Shown: positions 1 through 12,067, numbered from the stretch's first letter. The stretch: DNA of 64,000 bases from Octopus sinensis (GCF_006345805.1 NC_043022.1:23560001-23624000); one strand, 5' to 3'. The notes: generated by a model not told the origin, from the letters alone. Translations and numbers: made by a program.

Positions 1-514
1 GCTTACCTTCACCTACATTATCCTGCTCGTAGTTATCATCACTACAGATGCTTTTTTTTTTTTTTACTGTTTGAATCTGGGTTTCTTTAAGAAACCGTCT
101 ATTCTGAATCGTTCTTATCTTATTCATGAACCCATTTTCAGTAATCTGAAACATAACAAGCTAGTTCCAAAGTTCTAGTACTCTTTTCCAAACAGCTTTG
201 CATTTATCATTGCTCTTGTCTTGCAAGGCTTGTTCATAACACTTAATTGCCTTTTGTTTATATCGGTAGATCACTTGAGTTTGTTAGCACGTTGTGTATT
301 TTGACCAGTAAAGGAACCACGCTAGGTGAGCAATCTTCCACCCCATTACTATTGGAGGGGCTCCTGCCGAACGCGGCTACTCCAGTGTGTTGGTCACCCT
401 GGGGAGTCTTCCCGTTAATGCCGTTATCTGGATCATTGTTAGTTACTATCATTGCAAAGAATGAGAGTGATTATTTTTCTTGTTTTCCTATTTTTATATT
501 ATTATTATTATTAA

Positions 515-1165
515 GGTGATGAACTGGCAGAATCGTTAGCACACTGGACAAATGCTTGGCGATATTTCGCCCGTCGCTACGTTCTGAGTTTAAATTCCGC
601 CGAGGTCGACTTTGCCTTTCATCCTTTCGGAATCGATAAATTAAGTACCAGTGGAACACTGGGATCGATGTATTCGGCTAGTCCCCTCCCTCCAAATTTC
701 AGGCCTTATGCCTTTAATAGAAAAGATTACTATCATTATTAAGGTAGCGAGCTGACAGAATCGGCAGCACGCCGGATAAAATGCTTAGCGGCATTTTGTC
801 CGTCTTTACATTCTAGGTTCAAATTCTGTCGAGATCAACTTTACCTTGTATCCTTTAGAGATCGATAAAATAAGTACCAGTTCATCACTAGGGTCGATGT
901 AATCAACTTATCCCCGACCCCGAAATTGCTAGCCTTGTGCCAAAATTTGAAACCATTATCATTATTAAAGCGGCAAACTGGCAGAATCGTTAGTAAGCCG
1001 GACAAAATACTTAGCTACATTTCGTCCGTCTTTATGTTCTGAGATCAAATTCCGCCGATGTGGACTTTGCTCTTCATCCTTTCACGGTTAATAAATTAAG
1101 TACCAGTTGAGCACTGGGGTTGATGTAATCGACTTGCTCCTTTCCCCAAATTTCCCTAAAGTAGA
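515..1165 (+). mobile_element. Three head-to-tail tRNA-type SINEs (family A)
   Basis: Three copies (about 515-720, 741-950 and 968-1165) of CTGGCAGAATCGTTAGCA...GTTCAAATT...TTTCATCCTTTCG..TCGATAAA.TAAGTACCAG, separated by (ATT)-rich spacers. Confidence 0.85.
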
Positions 1166-2840
1166 AAGGATTATCATTGTTGTGGTGTTGGCGTTCCATT
1201 CATCCACTCATCATTTCATCATTATTATGCCGATATACGAATGCTAATTATCAAGCTGCGTTCCGCAACCTTAGGTATCTAACACCTTTATTATGATCAT
1301 TGCTTTGTCAAGTAAATAAACTCTTTTGTAGGATCAGGAAATTCATCTCGACATCAGCGTCTTCAACCAACCAATCAAACTTGCGACTGTTCTTAAGTTT
1401 CGTAACCTTGCAATGCCAGACAGTAATGAGAACTTTAAAAAATTTTAAAAACTCGGACACTCGTCAAAATACTTGTATTTTTAAAAATATAATTACAAAG
1501 ATAAGACTAGGTCAGACCTCCCCCGACGAAAGACAATATCCTTTTATATGATTACTGTAATAAGTTCTCATTCATTACGAGTCAATTCTGTTCAAACCAC
1601 GTTTAAACATGGACTGGTTCACGTTAGTGCAAGGAAAAGACAATTCGTGTCTGTTTTCAGCTGTTCTTAACCACCTTTACTTTCTTTCCATTATCACAAG
1701 ACCTTTTGTAACCATAGATGAGTTTTGGCTAACTCGTGTAGATCTTCGTTGTATATGTCTTGAAAGACCATTTTTCGGGCGAATGTAAAGAATACGCACA
1801 CCCGGTGTTTAAGGCTAGGGTTACACCGAAAACGGGTGGTGTGCGTATTCTCTACCTTCGCCATTCTTCAAGTATCTTTTGGATAAAGTCTATCAAGACT
1901 GAATGTATTTGTTCGGTAAATATACATACACAAATATACATACATGTACATAAACACATACATACACACACAAGCATATACATACACACACATGAATACA
2001 TACATACACATGAATACATACATGAACAAATACACACACATGAACACATAAATACACACACATAAACACATATATAAACACATACATACATACACATAAA
2101 CACATACACACATATATAAACACATACATATACAAAAAATACATAACCATAAGCGATTCAGCTGAAAAAAAAAAAAGAATAAGAAACTTTTACGGAAATT
2201 GTCGAACAAAACTTTCAGTTTCGATGTACTTTCTCCGAAAGAATGCGCACCCCTCTTTTCTTTTTTCAGTATGTTCCGATTATGAAGGTAGTTTAAATTC
2301 TCCCAACAGGATATTCTGGGGTATCCCACATTGTCGTTCTCTGAGATTTGGAATTATTTCCAATTGAATTTCGAAAACAACTTTTCCCAATCGCTTTAAA
2401 CTATTCCAAGCAACCATACTATACCTTCCTTTTCAAATTGATGTACCAATACTGGTTGTTCAGAATGGAACTCTTTCATGCATCTATTGTACTAGTCGTT
2501 TAAAAATCGTTCTACTTCTTCCTGGCAGCATAGCCACCATGATTGTCCTAATCTTTCTCCCAAACTGGTTCATGTTAGTGAGAGGGAAAAGACAACTTTC
2601 ACCTATTTTCTGTTGGTCCTTAACACTACGACCCTGTAACGTCCGTGGAGTGCGAGTTAACGACAATGACTCCCTAGTACATCTCACGGTGGATACAATA
2701 AATATAAAAAGAATGATACATATATGTGCCAGAGGGAAGAGAGAGACTGTGGTGTTGTCATTGGAACTGGCTGTCTTGTTGTGGTCAGTGGCTAGACCTT
2801 AAAAGGTCTGGAACCAAAGTTATTTTTTATTTCCCACAAG

Positions 2841-2969
2841 GAGTAAACACAGAGGGGACAACACAACCGAGTAGAATGTTTAAGAGAAGATTTATTGATA
2901 GGTTAACATGTGTGTCTACGTGTGCTTCATGTGCCCAGAATAATAGACGGTCCGTCATGAGAACTAAGT
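2841..2969 (+). CDS. Candidate upstream exon of the Ig gene (43 codons, phase 1-1)
   Basis: Polypyrimidine acceptor tattttttatttcccacaAG and donor AAGT|gtatgt. The frame is open (..VNTEGTTQPSRMFKRRFIDRLTCVSTCASCAQNNRRSVMRTK) and the phase matches the acceptor at 7770. No homology support. Confidence 0.35.
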
Positions 2970-4482
2970 GTATGTTTGTCAAAGGCATGGATGTATGCGT
3001 TTGCGTTAAGTACATATAAGAATAGCAATGATGTTGACAGTGAAAGAGACTATAACGAGAACGTTAGAAGAATGTTCAGACACAAGAATGAGAACACCAG
3101 TTCCTGGTCAATTGTACACGGTAATTGAAATACAGTATCAAGAAGTTGCGGCCATGATGCTGATCCGGAGTTGCTATACATGTCGTAAGTGAAGTTGTGG
3201 CTGTAATGCTGCTGCCTGAGTCATACAGATACATACATACACATACAAACATAATTACATACGACGGGATTCCGTCTACCAAATGCATTCGCAAGGCTTT
3301 GGTCAGCTCGGGGCTAGAGTAGAAAGAAACTCGCCCAAGGTTCCACCTAGTATGACTGAACCTAGAACCATGTGGTTGAGAAGCAAACATCTTACCACGC
3401 AGTCACACTTGAACCTAAACTTGCTAACAATTTACATTGTCATGAAACACAAGTTATCTGCCTGTAGTTTTTACTTGTCTTTCATAAGTGCTGCCTTACT
3501 CATTCATAGTCATCCAGTTTGGAATGCATCTACTTCAAAAACATTCCTTTAATAACTTAACCAGCACTTGCATAATAGCTTCAATGTTTTCCATCCAGAA
3601 CCTTCGCACTCCGTCTAATCCGATTGCTTTCCATTTAGATAATTTGGTATAAGCACCAAAGAGATTCGTCTTAATTAATTTTCTACCTCGCCTTTCTGTC
3701 GTCCCTGTCTCTACGTTCTGATAACCTTTCTTATTCTAGACATCATCCCAAAACTTTCTGCATTGTGTTCTGTATCTGGGATTTCATTGTTGTGTCTTTC
3801 TACTCTTATCTTTTAATTGTTTCAGTCGTTGGACTGCGATCATGTTGGGGGCACCACGTTGAAGGGTTAAGTCGAACAAAATCTGATATTTATTTTGGTG
3901 GGAGTGAGGAACCCCACCCCCAACCCCACCACCACCACACACAGACAAGGAGAGAGAGAGAGAGAGATTTGCATAAACACACACAGAAACAGACTAGATA
4001 AACACAAACATACATGCATCTCTCTTCCTCTCTCTCTCTCTCTCTTATACATATATATATATGTGTGTGTGTGTTGAGCGTCCAATAACACTATACTTGT
4101 TCCACGTCTTCGCGTTGTGTTTTCTCTTTGTTCATGTTTGGATTAACTATATATGCATATATATATCCAGAACTTATTCTTTGTAAGCCTAGTACTTATT
4201 CTACCGTTCTCTTTTACTGAACCGCTAAGTTACGGTGACATAAACACACCACCATCTGTTATCAAGCAATGGCGGGGCAACAAACACAGACACACACACA
4301 CGGATAAATATATACATATATATATACGGCGGGCTTCTTTCAGTTTCCGTCTACCAAATCCACTGACAAGGCTTTGGTATAGTAGGCTATAGTAGAAAAC
4401 ACTTCCCATGCAGTAGGACTAAACTCGGAACTATGTGGTTGGGAAGCAAGCTTCTTACCACGCCTGTATATATGTGTGTGCG

Positions 4483-4520
<38 letters not shown>

Positions 4521-5066
4521 ATATATACTCTCATACACACACATGTATGTATGGGTGTTGGAAGAGAGAGAGAGAGAGAGATTGAAATACACTTCTTTAT
4601 GTACTGTACGTATTTCCATCGATTTATTTCCAACACATTGGTTCAACAATTTTATTGATTATCCACCCACCAGCCCAGATTTACGATCCTCGGCTGACAA
4701 TGTAACATTTGGAGAACATTTAATGAACTTCACATCACAACCCTTGTGATACTAACCAGCCTAAGACCGCCTCTGGTTCTTTGGTACAGCGGTATTTGAA
4801 CTTAGAACGTAAAACCGGACGAAATATAGTGCTAAGCATTTTGTCCGACCTGCTAACGATTCTGCTAGCTCGCCGCCTTAAACATCTACTTAATAATGAG
4901 TTATTTTTCGATATTCTTTTTTTTTTTTTATATGTAATCCATTGAAACAAAGAGCAGTATTTCAAGAAAAATATGGTAACAAAAGGGTTAACTGCCTCTC
5001 CAAATACCAAACTTTTGTGCAGTTAGTGGAAGTCACATCGAAGCAGAGATATTGAATCGTTTTGAC

Positions 5067-5324
5067 GAGTGGTTCACAATCGGGGACCATATAGACCTTG
5101 GAAGCCCACAAGATTTTGTTGTTAAAATTTATCTGCAATAAATTGATTATACTTCTACTATACACAATATATCTTAACAATTTTTAAATACAATTTCTAA
5201 TAATATCTAATTATAAAATTGATTTTTCTAAAACATCGACTGGCGAGGAGGGTCCATCCAAGTAAAATAGGAATCAAAGAGGTCCATAGAAAAAAAAAAA
5301 GTAAAAATGGTTTGAGAACCACTG
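5067..5324. mobile_element. hAT MITE, same family as 16985-17227
   Basis: Ends GAGTGGTTCACAA and TTGAGAACCACTG. The internal sequence is similar to 16985-17227. The TSD is degenerate (GTTTTGAC/ATTTAGAT). Confidence 0.75.
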
Positions 5325-5653
5325 ATTTAGATAAAACGATGTTTTATTATCTTTCTCAACCGCATCAAATCTAATGAGACCCAATTGAGTTGAAATCGTG
5401 GCCTTTCGGATATTATAGCCGCCCGGTACTCTTGGAGTTTATGAAATATAGGCACAGACGTGGTAGTGTGGTAAGAAGCTTACCTTCCAATCACATGGTT
5501 GCGAGTTTAGTTCCACTGCGTGTCACATTGGCCAAGTGTCTTCTGCTATAATGCCGAGCCGACTAAAGCTTTGTGAGTGGATGTGACAGACGGAAACTGA
5601 AAGAACCTCGTCGTGTATACACCCCCCCCCCATATATATATATATATATATAT

Positions 5654-5735
5654 ACTTTATTTTAAGCAGCAGAAAATTCAACAAAATCTGTTACTCTGAG
5701 TTTCTCGTTGCCGTTCATCAGACAGTTTTTGCTAG
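5654..5735 (-). mobile_element. Short Penelope-like terminal-repeat fragment inserted in a (TA)n tract
   Basis: Carries a hammerhead motif and sits in the internal microsatellite of a SINE. Confidence 0.5.
5683..5730 (-). ncRNA. Minimal type-I hammerhead ribozyme motif
   Basis: The minus strand reads CUGU-CUGAUGA-ACG(GCAA)CGA-GAAA-CUC(A)GAG-UA-ACAG. The core is intact, stem I is CUGU/ACAG, stem III is ACUC/GAGU and the cleavage triplet is GUA. Stem II is only 2 bp with an A.A closing mismatch. Confidence 0.65.
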
Positions 5736-7769
5736 AATGGAACCGATATATATGGGATGGGGTATTTTTGTGTGTGTTTCCCACTGTTTGACAACCAGTG
5801 TAAGTTTGTTTACGTTCCTGTAATTTAGTGGTCCGGCAAATAGATAGATAGAATAAGTATCAGAGTTAAAAAATAATTATTGTGGTTGATTTATTCGACT
5901 AAGCCCTTCAAGGCGCTGTTCCAAGTATGGCGGCAGTTCAATGTCTGAAACAAGTAAAAGATTTATAAAAATATGCACTAGCTCCAAATTTAGGTAATTG
6001 TATTATCGATACACAGTTTGTGATTGGTACATTATTTTACTGACACCTAAAGGATGAAAGGCAAAATGAGATTGTCGGGATTTAAGATCAGAATAAAAAG
6101 GTACGCCACCCGCTAGCATAAAAAATAAGGGAAATAATTACAATGATTTTATTGTTTGCTTTAAGAGTTACTTCCCTTGAAAACGCATTTTTCAGTTCAC
6201 ATTCAATATGGAATTTCTGAATGGTCGCTCAATCTCTTAGAATCAACAGCCAAATTTCCTGTATGCTACGCTCGACTCTGTTTTAAAAGAAAGAGTGTTT
6301 TCGGTACACTATGTCTTATATAGGAAAGAATTGTCGCAGTTGGAATGCCTTTTATCGTAAATCAGCTTGATAGTGTGCGATTGAAATTTAACAGTAAACA
6401 TCGTCAAGATTCCTGTTGTTGTTGTTTAGCTCGAGGGCGGACCTTATTGAGTAGGCCCTTGATTAAAGGTGTTCCATCCATACATTCTTCGCCATGTTCA
6501 ACTACATTATGCAATCTTTCCTATTTTTAAAGAATGGTAAGGTATGACACGACTGGGTATGGCTGCTATTTCTAGCAGATCAAACGACTCTTTGACAGCT
6601 GCTGGTAGGCTTGTTTCATATAGGCATTAGAGCAGTGGTTCCCAAAGGGGGCTGTGGAAAGACCCCGGGGTGGGGTCGCTGAAGAAAAGTGGGGTGGTAA
6701 TGGGGTGTCCAAAAGGGACTGTATGTAACAACAACAAAATAATGTGTGGTATCTTGGGCAAGTGTCTTCTACTATAGTCTTAGGCTGACCAAAGCCTTGT
6801 GAATGTATTTGGTAGATGGAAACTGAAAGAAGCCTGGTATGTATGTGTGTGTGTGTGTGTTTGTGTCTGTATTTGTCCCCCACAGCTGCTTGACAGTCAG
6901 TGCTGATGTGTTTATGTCTCCATAATGTAGTGGTTCAGCAAAAAGAGACCAATAGAATAAACACCAGATAATAAAAGATAAGTACTGGGATCAATTCATT
7001 TGACTAAAAATTCTTGAAGGCAGTGCCCCAGCATAGCTGCAATCTAATGACTGAAGCAAGTAAAAAATTGAAGAAATAACATATTGAAGAGAAATGCAAA
7101 GTCCCCTCTCTCTTTTTCGGAGAGGCACAAGCACCTACACGCACATATACACACACGGCAGTAACTTCCGCCTACCGAATTCAATCACAAAGCTTCGGTC
7201 AGCTCAGGGCTATAGCAGAAGACACCTGCCCAAAGTGCCACGCGGTGGAACTGAACCTGAAACCATGTAGCTAGGAAGCAAGCTCCCTAGTCATTTATAT
7301 ATATTTAAAAAATATATTGCAAGAAATCAAGAAGAGTTGGGAATGTGAAAAGTTTGTAATAGAGAGGTACACTCCAATATGTGATACAAAGGAAATCCAC
7401 AATGCTGATGAGACTTAGATTGGTAAGTAGACCTGTGGTGTCATAAGTGATAAACTTGGAACTGATGGAAAAGAGGTGTGTGGGTAGTGCCTAAGTATAC
7501 ACATGATAACTGTAAACAAGTGTTGCTATCATGCAAGTGGTGTTCTTCATTTCCAATCTTGCATGAATACATGTCTGGTCATGGGGAAATATTACCTTAT
7601 GAGGAAGAATTAGGTGAGAGTTGATGATAGGAAGGGCAGTAGATTTGAACTTCTAACTAATAAATTGTCAAGCCAATATCTAATCCACTCAGCCTTTTAA
7701 CTTAATTGTTTAAGAAAAGGAAATACAATGTCTAGAGAATCTAACCTTCCTGTTAATATTTCTTTGCAG

Positions 7770-8957
7770 ATGCACAGAAGGAAAACATGGTGTCAACACT
7801 GACTGTTGGCTGTTTAGCTAACTCCCGAAATGGATTTAACTGTAATGGGTTATGGAAGGGTACCAGAAGACTTTCGATCAAAAACTGCAGCAAGGAACCT
7901 CAGAAGCAAGAAAGTATTCTCATTGATTCTGATAACCCTGAACACATTCCTCAATGCAACACAGATTTCTCAAAATCTACAGAAATCACAGATAAAGGAC
8001 ATCACTTCACCAGTTCTTGTACACTTGCTGCAAATTCTAAGTGTGCAATATTGAAAACATTATCTCCTGTTAACCATGATGACAAAATCTCTGGGAATGT
8101 ATCATTTAATGAAAATCCTCAAATGACAAGAGATTGCAGAAGCCAGGAAACTGACATTGAATCAGAATACTTAAATGAACTTTGTCATAAGAAAGTATCA
8201 CCTCAGACTTGTATGGAATTGGATAGGGAGACATATAAATGCCTTAGAGAAAAAAATGCTCCATCTGTCAAAGCAGATTCTGATGTTATTGCTCAAGATA
8301 AGGTGATAAAGGGTAGCAGTCTGTTCCACCCAGCAAAACCTCAGGAATGCAACACTGCTATTAAAAGTGATAGTTTGATTTCAAATGAAACACAGGAGTT
8401 GAAAGATGGAGACTGCTCGATGAAAAAATCAGAGTGGTCCATGGAACTATCATCATATCCTGTTGAAACATTCATTATTAGAACTAACCCTGTGGCCAGA
8501 AATTTCTGCTCAATGTTAAAAGATACGAGCTCAGTTCTTGGTTCCAAGTGTAAAGAAACAAAAATGGAAGATTGTCAACAGACGTCTTTAAGGGAATCAA
8601 ACATCCAAACAAATATAATAAAAAGTTCATTTGCCACAATAAATCTTGCACCTTGTCAAGGGGCCATTAATAATGTCAACAGCAGTATTAAAACAATATC
8701 TAGCAAACACACTTTAGAGGAACCTGTTTCTCTGAAGTTGGCTTTTGCAGATGGCACAAAAACACAGACTAACTTCTTAAACGACAACAACAGCAGTAGT
8801 AGTAATAGTAGTTGCAGTTCTGAAAAGCATGAAGCTGTGAGTTTCGGACATCAAAATGGGTTACAGCTACAGAAGAATGGTGAGACGTTTCCAGAAACCT
8901 CAGAAGAATCACAAGAATTGGGTGTTTCAGAACTGAAGAGACATCAGCAATGGAAAG
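7770..8957 (+). CDS. Large internal coding exon (396 codons, phase 1-1) of an Ig-domain giant-protein-like gene; low-complexity Ser/Lys/Glu/Asn-rich linker
   Basis: About 1.2 kb is stop-free in AT-rich DNA. Acceptor tttctttgcAG (7768-69) and donor AAAG|gttgtt (8958-59). The donor phase matches the acceptor at 9785 (G|AG = Glu). The ORF-track extension to 9040 runs through a (CT)n/(CA)n tract and is intronic. Confidence 0.75.
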
Positions 8958-8967
8958 GTTGTTTTTT

Positions 8968-9001
<34 letters not shown>

Positions 9002-9784
9002 CACTCACACACACACACACACACACACAACAATGCTTAATCTTCTGTCTACTTTATATGGTATTTTGTCTTTCTGTATATAAATGCTTATAATTTGTGT
9101 GTGCAGGTGTGCGGCTATCAATCAATCTGTTCATCTGTCTGTTTGTGTGTGTGTCTGTCTGCCTATCTGTCCGTCCATTCATCCATCTATCCATCAATCC
9201 CTCCATCTTTCTATCTCTCTATCTATCCATAAATCTGTTTGTTTGTCTAAATCTGCCTGTTTATCTGCTTGTCAATCTAAATCTATTCGTCTTTCTAAAT
9301 CAAACTCACAACTTCACAATTGTAAGCTTGATGCTCTAACCACTGAGCCATATGCCTTCACGTACACACATAGACATACACACACACATACATATATATA
9401 TATATTAATGGTTGTTTTATATTCAATTATAATAAAATGAATTTTACATTAATCAGATGGATTACTCTATACTTTTGCAAAGTAAAAATTAATTTTTATG
9501 CAAGAATGTTGTTAACAGTGACTTCAGAGTTTCAGCCAGCTAAGCCATCATTGGACTGCTTTCATTAGTATGTATAATATATAATGGGTTTCTTTCAATT
9601 TCAATCAACCAAATCCATTCTTAATGTTTTTGTTGGCCCAGAGATATAGTAGGAGGTACTTACCAAAGGTTCCATGCAGTGGAACCAAACTCTAAACCTC
9701 ATGGTGGGAAAGTAAGGGGTGAAAATTTCAGATTTTACAATATTTTAACATTAACGAATGAAACAAAACAAAATCTACTTCCAG

Positions 9785-10084
9785 AGCAATGTTGTTCCAC
9801 TGAACAAGAGAGAGCACCAGCAGTCAGAGTTGACTTAGAAGATGTTACAGTGAAGGCTGGTTCTTCGGCTGTCTTTGAATGGAAAGTGGATGGTTTCCCA
9901 CAACCCAGTCTGCTCTGGAAACACAATGATGTGATACTAACAGAGAATGAGTTATACAAGATTTGCTATGATGGTCAATCTGCCATTCTACAGTTGCAGG
10001 AGTCACTTGCAGAAGACGCAGGAACCTATGTATGTACAGCGACAAATAGGGCTGGTTCTTGTGAAACAAAGGCAGAACTTTCTG
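9785..10084 (+). CDS. Exon encoding I-set immunoglobulin domain 1 (phase 1-1, 100 codons)
   Basis: Translates to PAVRVDLEDVTVKAGSSAVF..KVDGFPQPSLLW....DAGTYVCTATNRAGSCETKAELS, which has the I-set motifs G-x-P-x-P-x-x-x-W and D-x-G-x-Y-x-C-x-A-x-N-x-x-G. Acceptor ctacttccAG (9783-84), donor TCTG|gtaagt. Confidence 0.9.
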
Positions 10085-10255
10085 GTAAGTTGTTCAAAAC
10101 TTATTTAAATTAAAAAGAAAAGTATTTCTTGATGATTGACATAGTTCGCTCTGTAGAATAATATATACAATCAAATATATTATTATAAAAACATAGAATT
10201 AGTGTTCAAATTTAGATTAATCAAAATGAATCTTGTTATAAAAGAATCCATTACT

Positions 10256-11480
10256 ACTCATCATCATCATCATTTAAGGTCCGTTTTCCATGCTGGCATG
10301 GTTGGACGGTTCGACCAGGGTCTGGGAAGCCAGGAAACTGCACCAGGCTCTAGTCTGATCTGGCAGTGTTTCTACAGCTGGATCCCCTTCCTAATGCCAA
10401 CTGCTCTGAGAGTGTAGTGGGTGCTTTTTATGTGCCACCAGCACAGGGGCCAGAATAGGCTGGCAACAGCCACAATCAGATGGTGCTTTTTATGTGCCAT
10501 TGGCATGGAAGCCAGTCAAGGCAGTGCTGGCATTGGCCACATTCGGATGGTGCTTTTTACGTGCCACTGGCACAGGTATCACAACTACAATTTCCATTTA
10601 ATTTTCATTTTGATGTTGATGTACTTGACTCAATAGGTTTCCTCAAGCACAGCAGGTCGCCCTATGATCCAAGGTACTTTTGAATGGGCTGGGGCTGGTT
10701 ATGCAAAACTGGTGTAGGATACAGCCATGAACTCACTTTATTTGCCAGGTCTTCGCAGTCACAGCATATCTCCAGAGGTCGTGGTCTTTCATCATTGCCT
10801 CTATGAGTCCCAACATTTGAAGGTTATGCTTCACCACCTCATCCCATGTCTTCCTGGGTCTACCTCTACCCCGGATTCCTTCAACTGTTTGGGAGTGGCA
10901 CTTTTTCACACAGCTCTCCTTATGACCATACCAGTACAAACAACTCTCTTGCACGCCACATCTGATGCTTCTTATGTCCAAAATTTCAGGGTGCTTACAC
11001 TCTGTCATATGTGCATACTGACATTACACATCTAGCAGACCATGCTAGCTTCATCTCTTTTGAGACTACACATGTCCTCCACAGTCACAGCCCATGTTTC
11101 ATTGCCACAAAGTGTGGCAGTTCGCACACATGCATTGTACAATCTATCTTTCACACTGAGCGAGAGGCTCTTTGTCACCAGTAGGGGTAGAAGCTTTCTA
11201 AACTCTGGCCAAGCTATTCTTATTCTAGTAGTAACACTCTCTGAACATCCACCCCCCACTACTAACTTGGTCATCTAGGTATCAGAAGCTATCAACTACT
11301 TCTAGTTTCTACCCCTGGAGTGTGATGGAATCTATTTTCTGAGCATCTGTGGTGTTTATTGTCCCTGTGCATCTGTCGCACATGAAAGCTATCTTCCCAG
11401 TTAATCTTCCTTTGATGTTGCTGCACCTGTTATGTGTTCATAGGTTACACTGGGTACATCTTATGGAGTTTCTACCTAAA
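10256..11480 (-). mobile_element. 5'-truncated RTE-clade LINE (ORF C-terminus, 3'UTR and (ATG)n tail)
   Basis: Translates to GGGCSESVTTRIRIAWPEFRKLLPLL..LYNACVRTA.LCGNETWAV and WYGH...VEGIRGRGRPRKTWDEVV..DLWRYAV. The 3'UTR has tandem hairpin units and ends in ATGATGATG. Confidence 0.9.
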
Positions 11481-11482
<2 letters not shown>

Positions 11483-11568
<86 letters not shown>

Positions 11569-11630
11569 ATATATATACACACACACATATATACATATAC
11601 ACATATATATACATATACACATATATATAC

Positions 11631-11702
<72 letters not shown>

Positions 11703-11799
11703 CATACACATACACACACACATATATACATATACACATACACATATATACATATATGTATACATATATATGGTAAATGAAAGATCACTGCTTGGAATC

Positions 11800-11854
<55 letters not shown>

Positions 11855-11925
11855 GGTGATGATGATAATATTAATGATAATGATGATGACGATGACGACA
11901 ACAACAACAACCACAACAACAACAG
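11483..11925. repeat. Compound microsatellite (TA/TG/CA, then AAT/GAT/CAA)
   Basis: Directly visible. It is the source of several spurious ORFs. Confidence 0.95.
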
Positions 11926-11926
11926 C

Positions 11927-12067
11927 ATCGAAAATACCTTAGGAATGAGAACCCATGTTCGAAATTTCCCCAAGACACCTGATGAAGGCTGCAGGGTACA
12001 TCAGCCAAAACGTTGTGTTAACAACAAGCAAGATGAGGACAAATATCCATCAAATGTAAATAATGTA
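11927..12067 (+). mobile_element. Short Penelope-like terminal-repeat fragment adjacent to (AAT)n/(GAT)n/(CAA)n
   Basis: Contains a hammerhead motif and directly abuts a trinucleotide microsatellite. Confidence 0.5.
11974..12019 (+). ncRNA. Minimal type-I hammerhead motif with G12A substitution (probably inactive)
   Basis: Reads GACAC-CUGAUGA-A-GGCUG(10 nt)CAGCC-AAAA-CG-UU-GUGUU. Stems I and II are clear and stem III is the palindrome ACGU. GAAA appears as AAAA, consistent with CpG decay of CCGAAAC. Confidence 0.65.

Larger units (their letters stand above)
5452..5968 (+). mobile_element. Family-B SINE (tRNA-like head, internal microsatellite, conserved tail)
   Basis: Head GTGTGGTAAGAAGCT..CCAATCAC..GGCCAAGTGTCTTCT, then (TA)n, then tail GATAGAATAAGTA...CTGAAACAAGTAAAAG. 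Confidence 0.85.

Noticed and set aside
515-620. tRNA gene
   Set aside because: A/B-box-like motifs are present, but they are SINE heads without a complete cloverleaf. No bona fide tRNA or rRNA gene was recognised in the window.
8958-9040. C-terminal extension of the 417-aa ORF
   Set aside because: It runs through (CT)n/(CA)n after a phase-compatible donor and is treated as intron.
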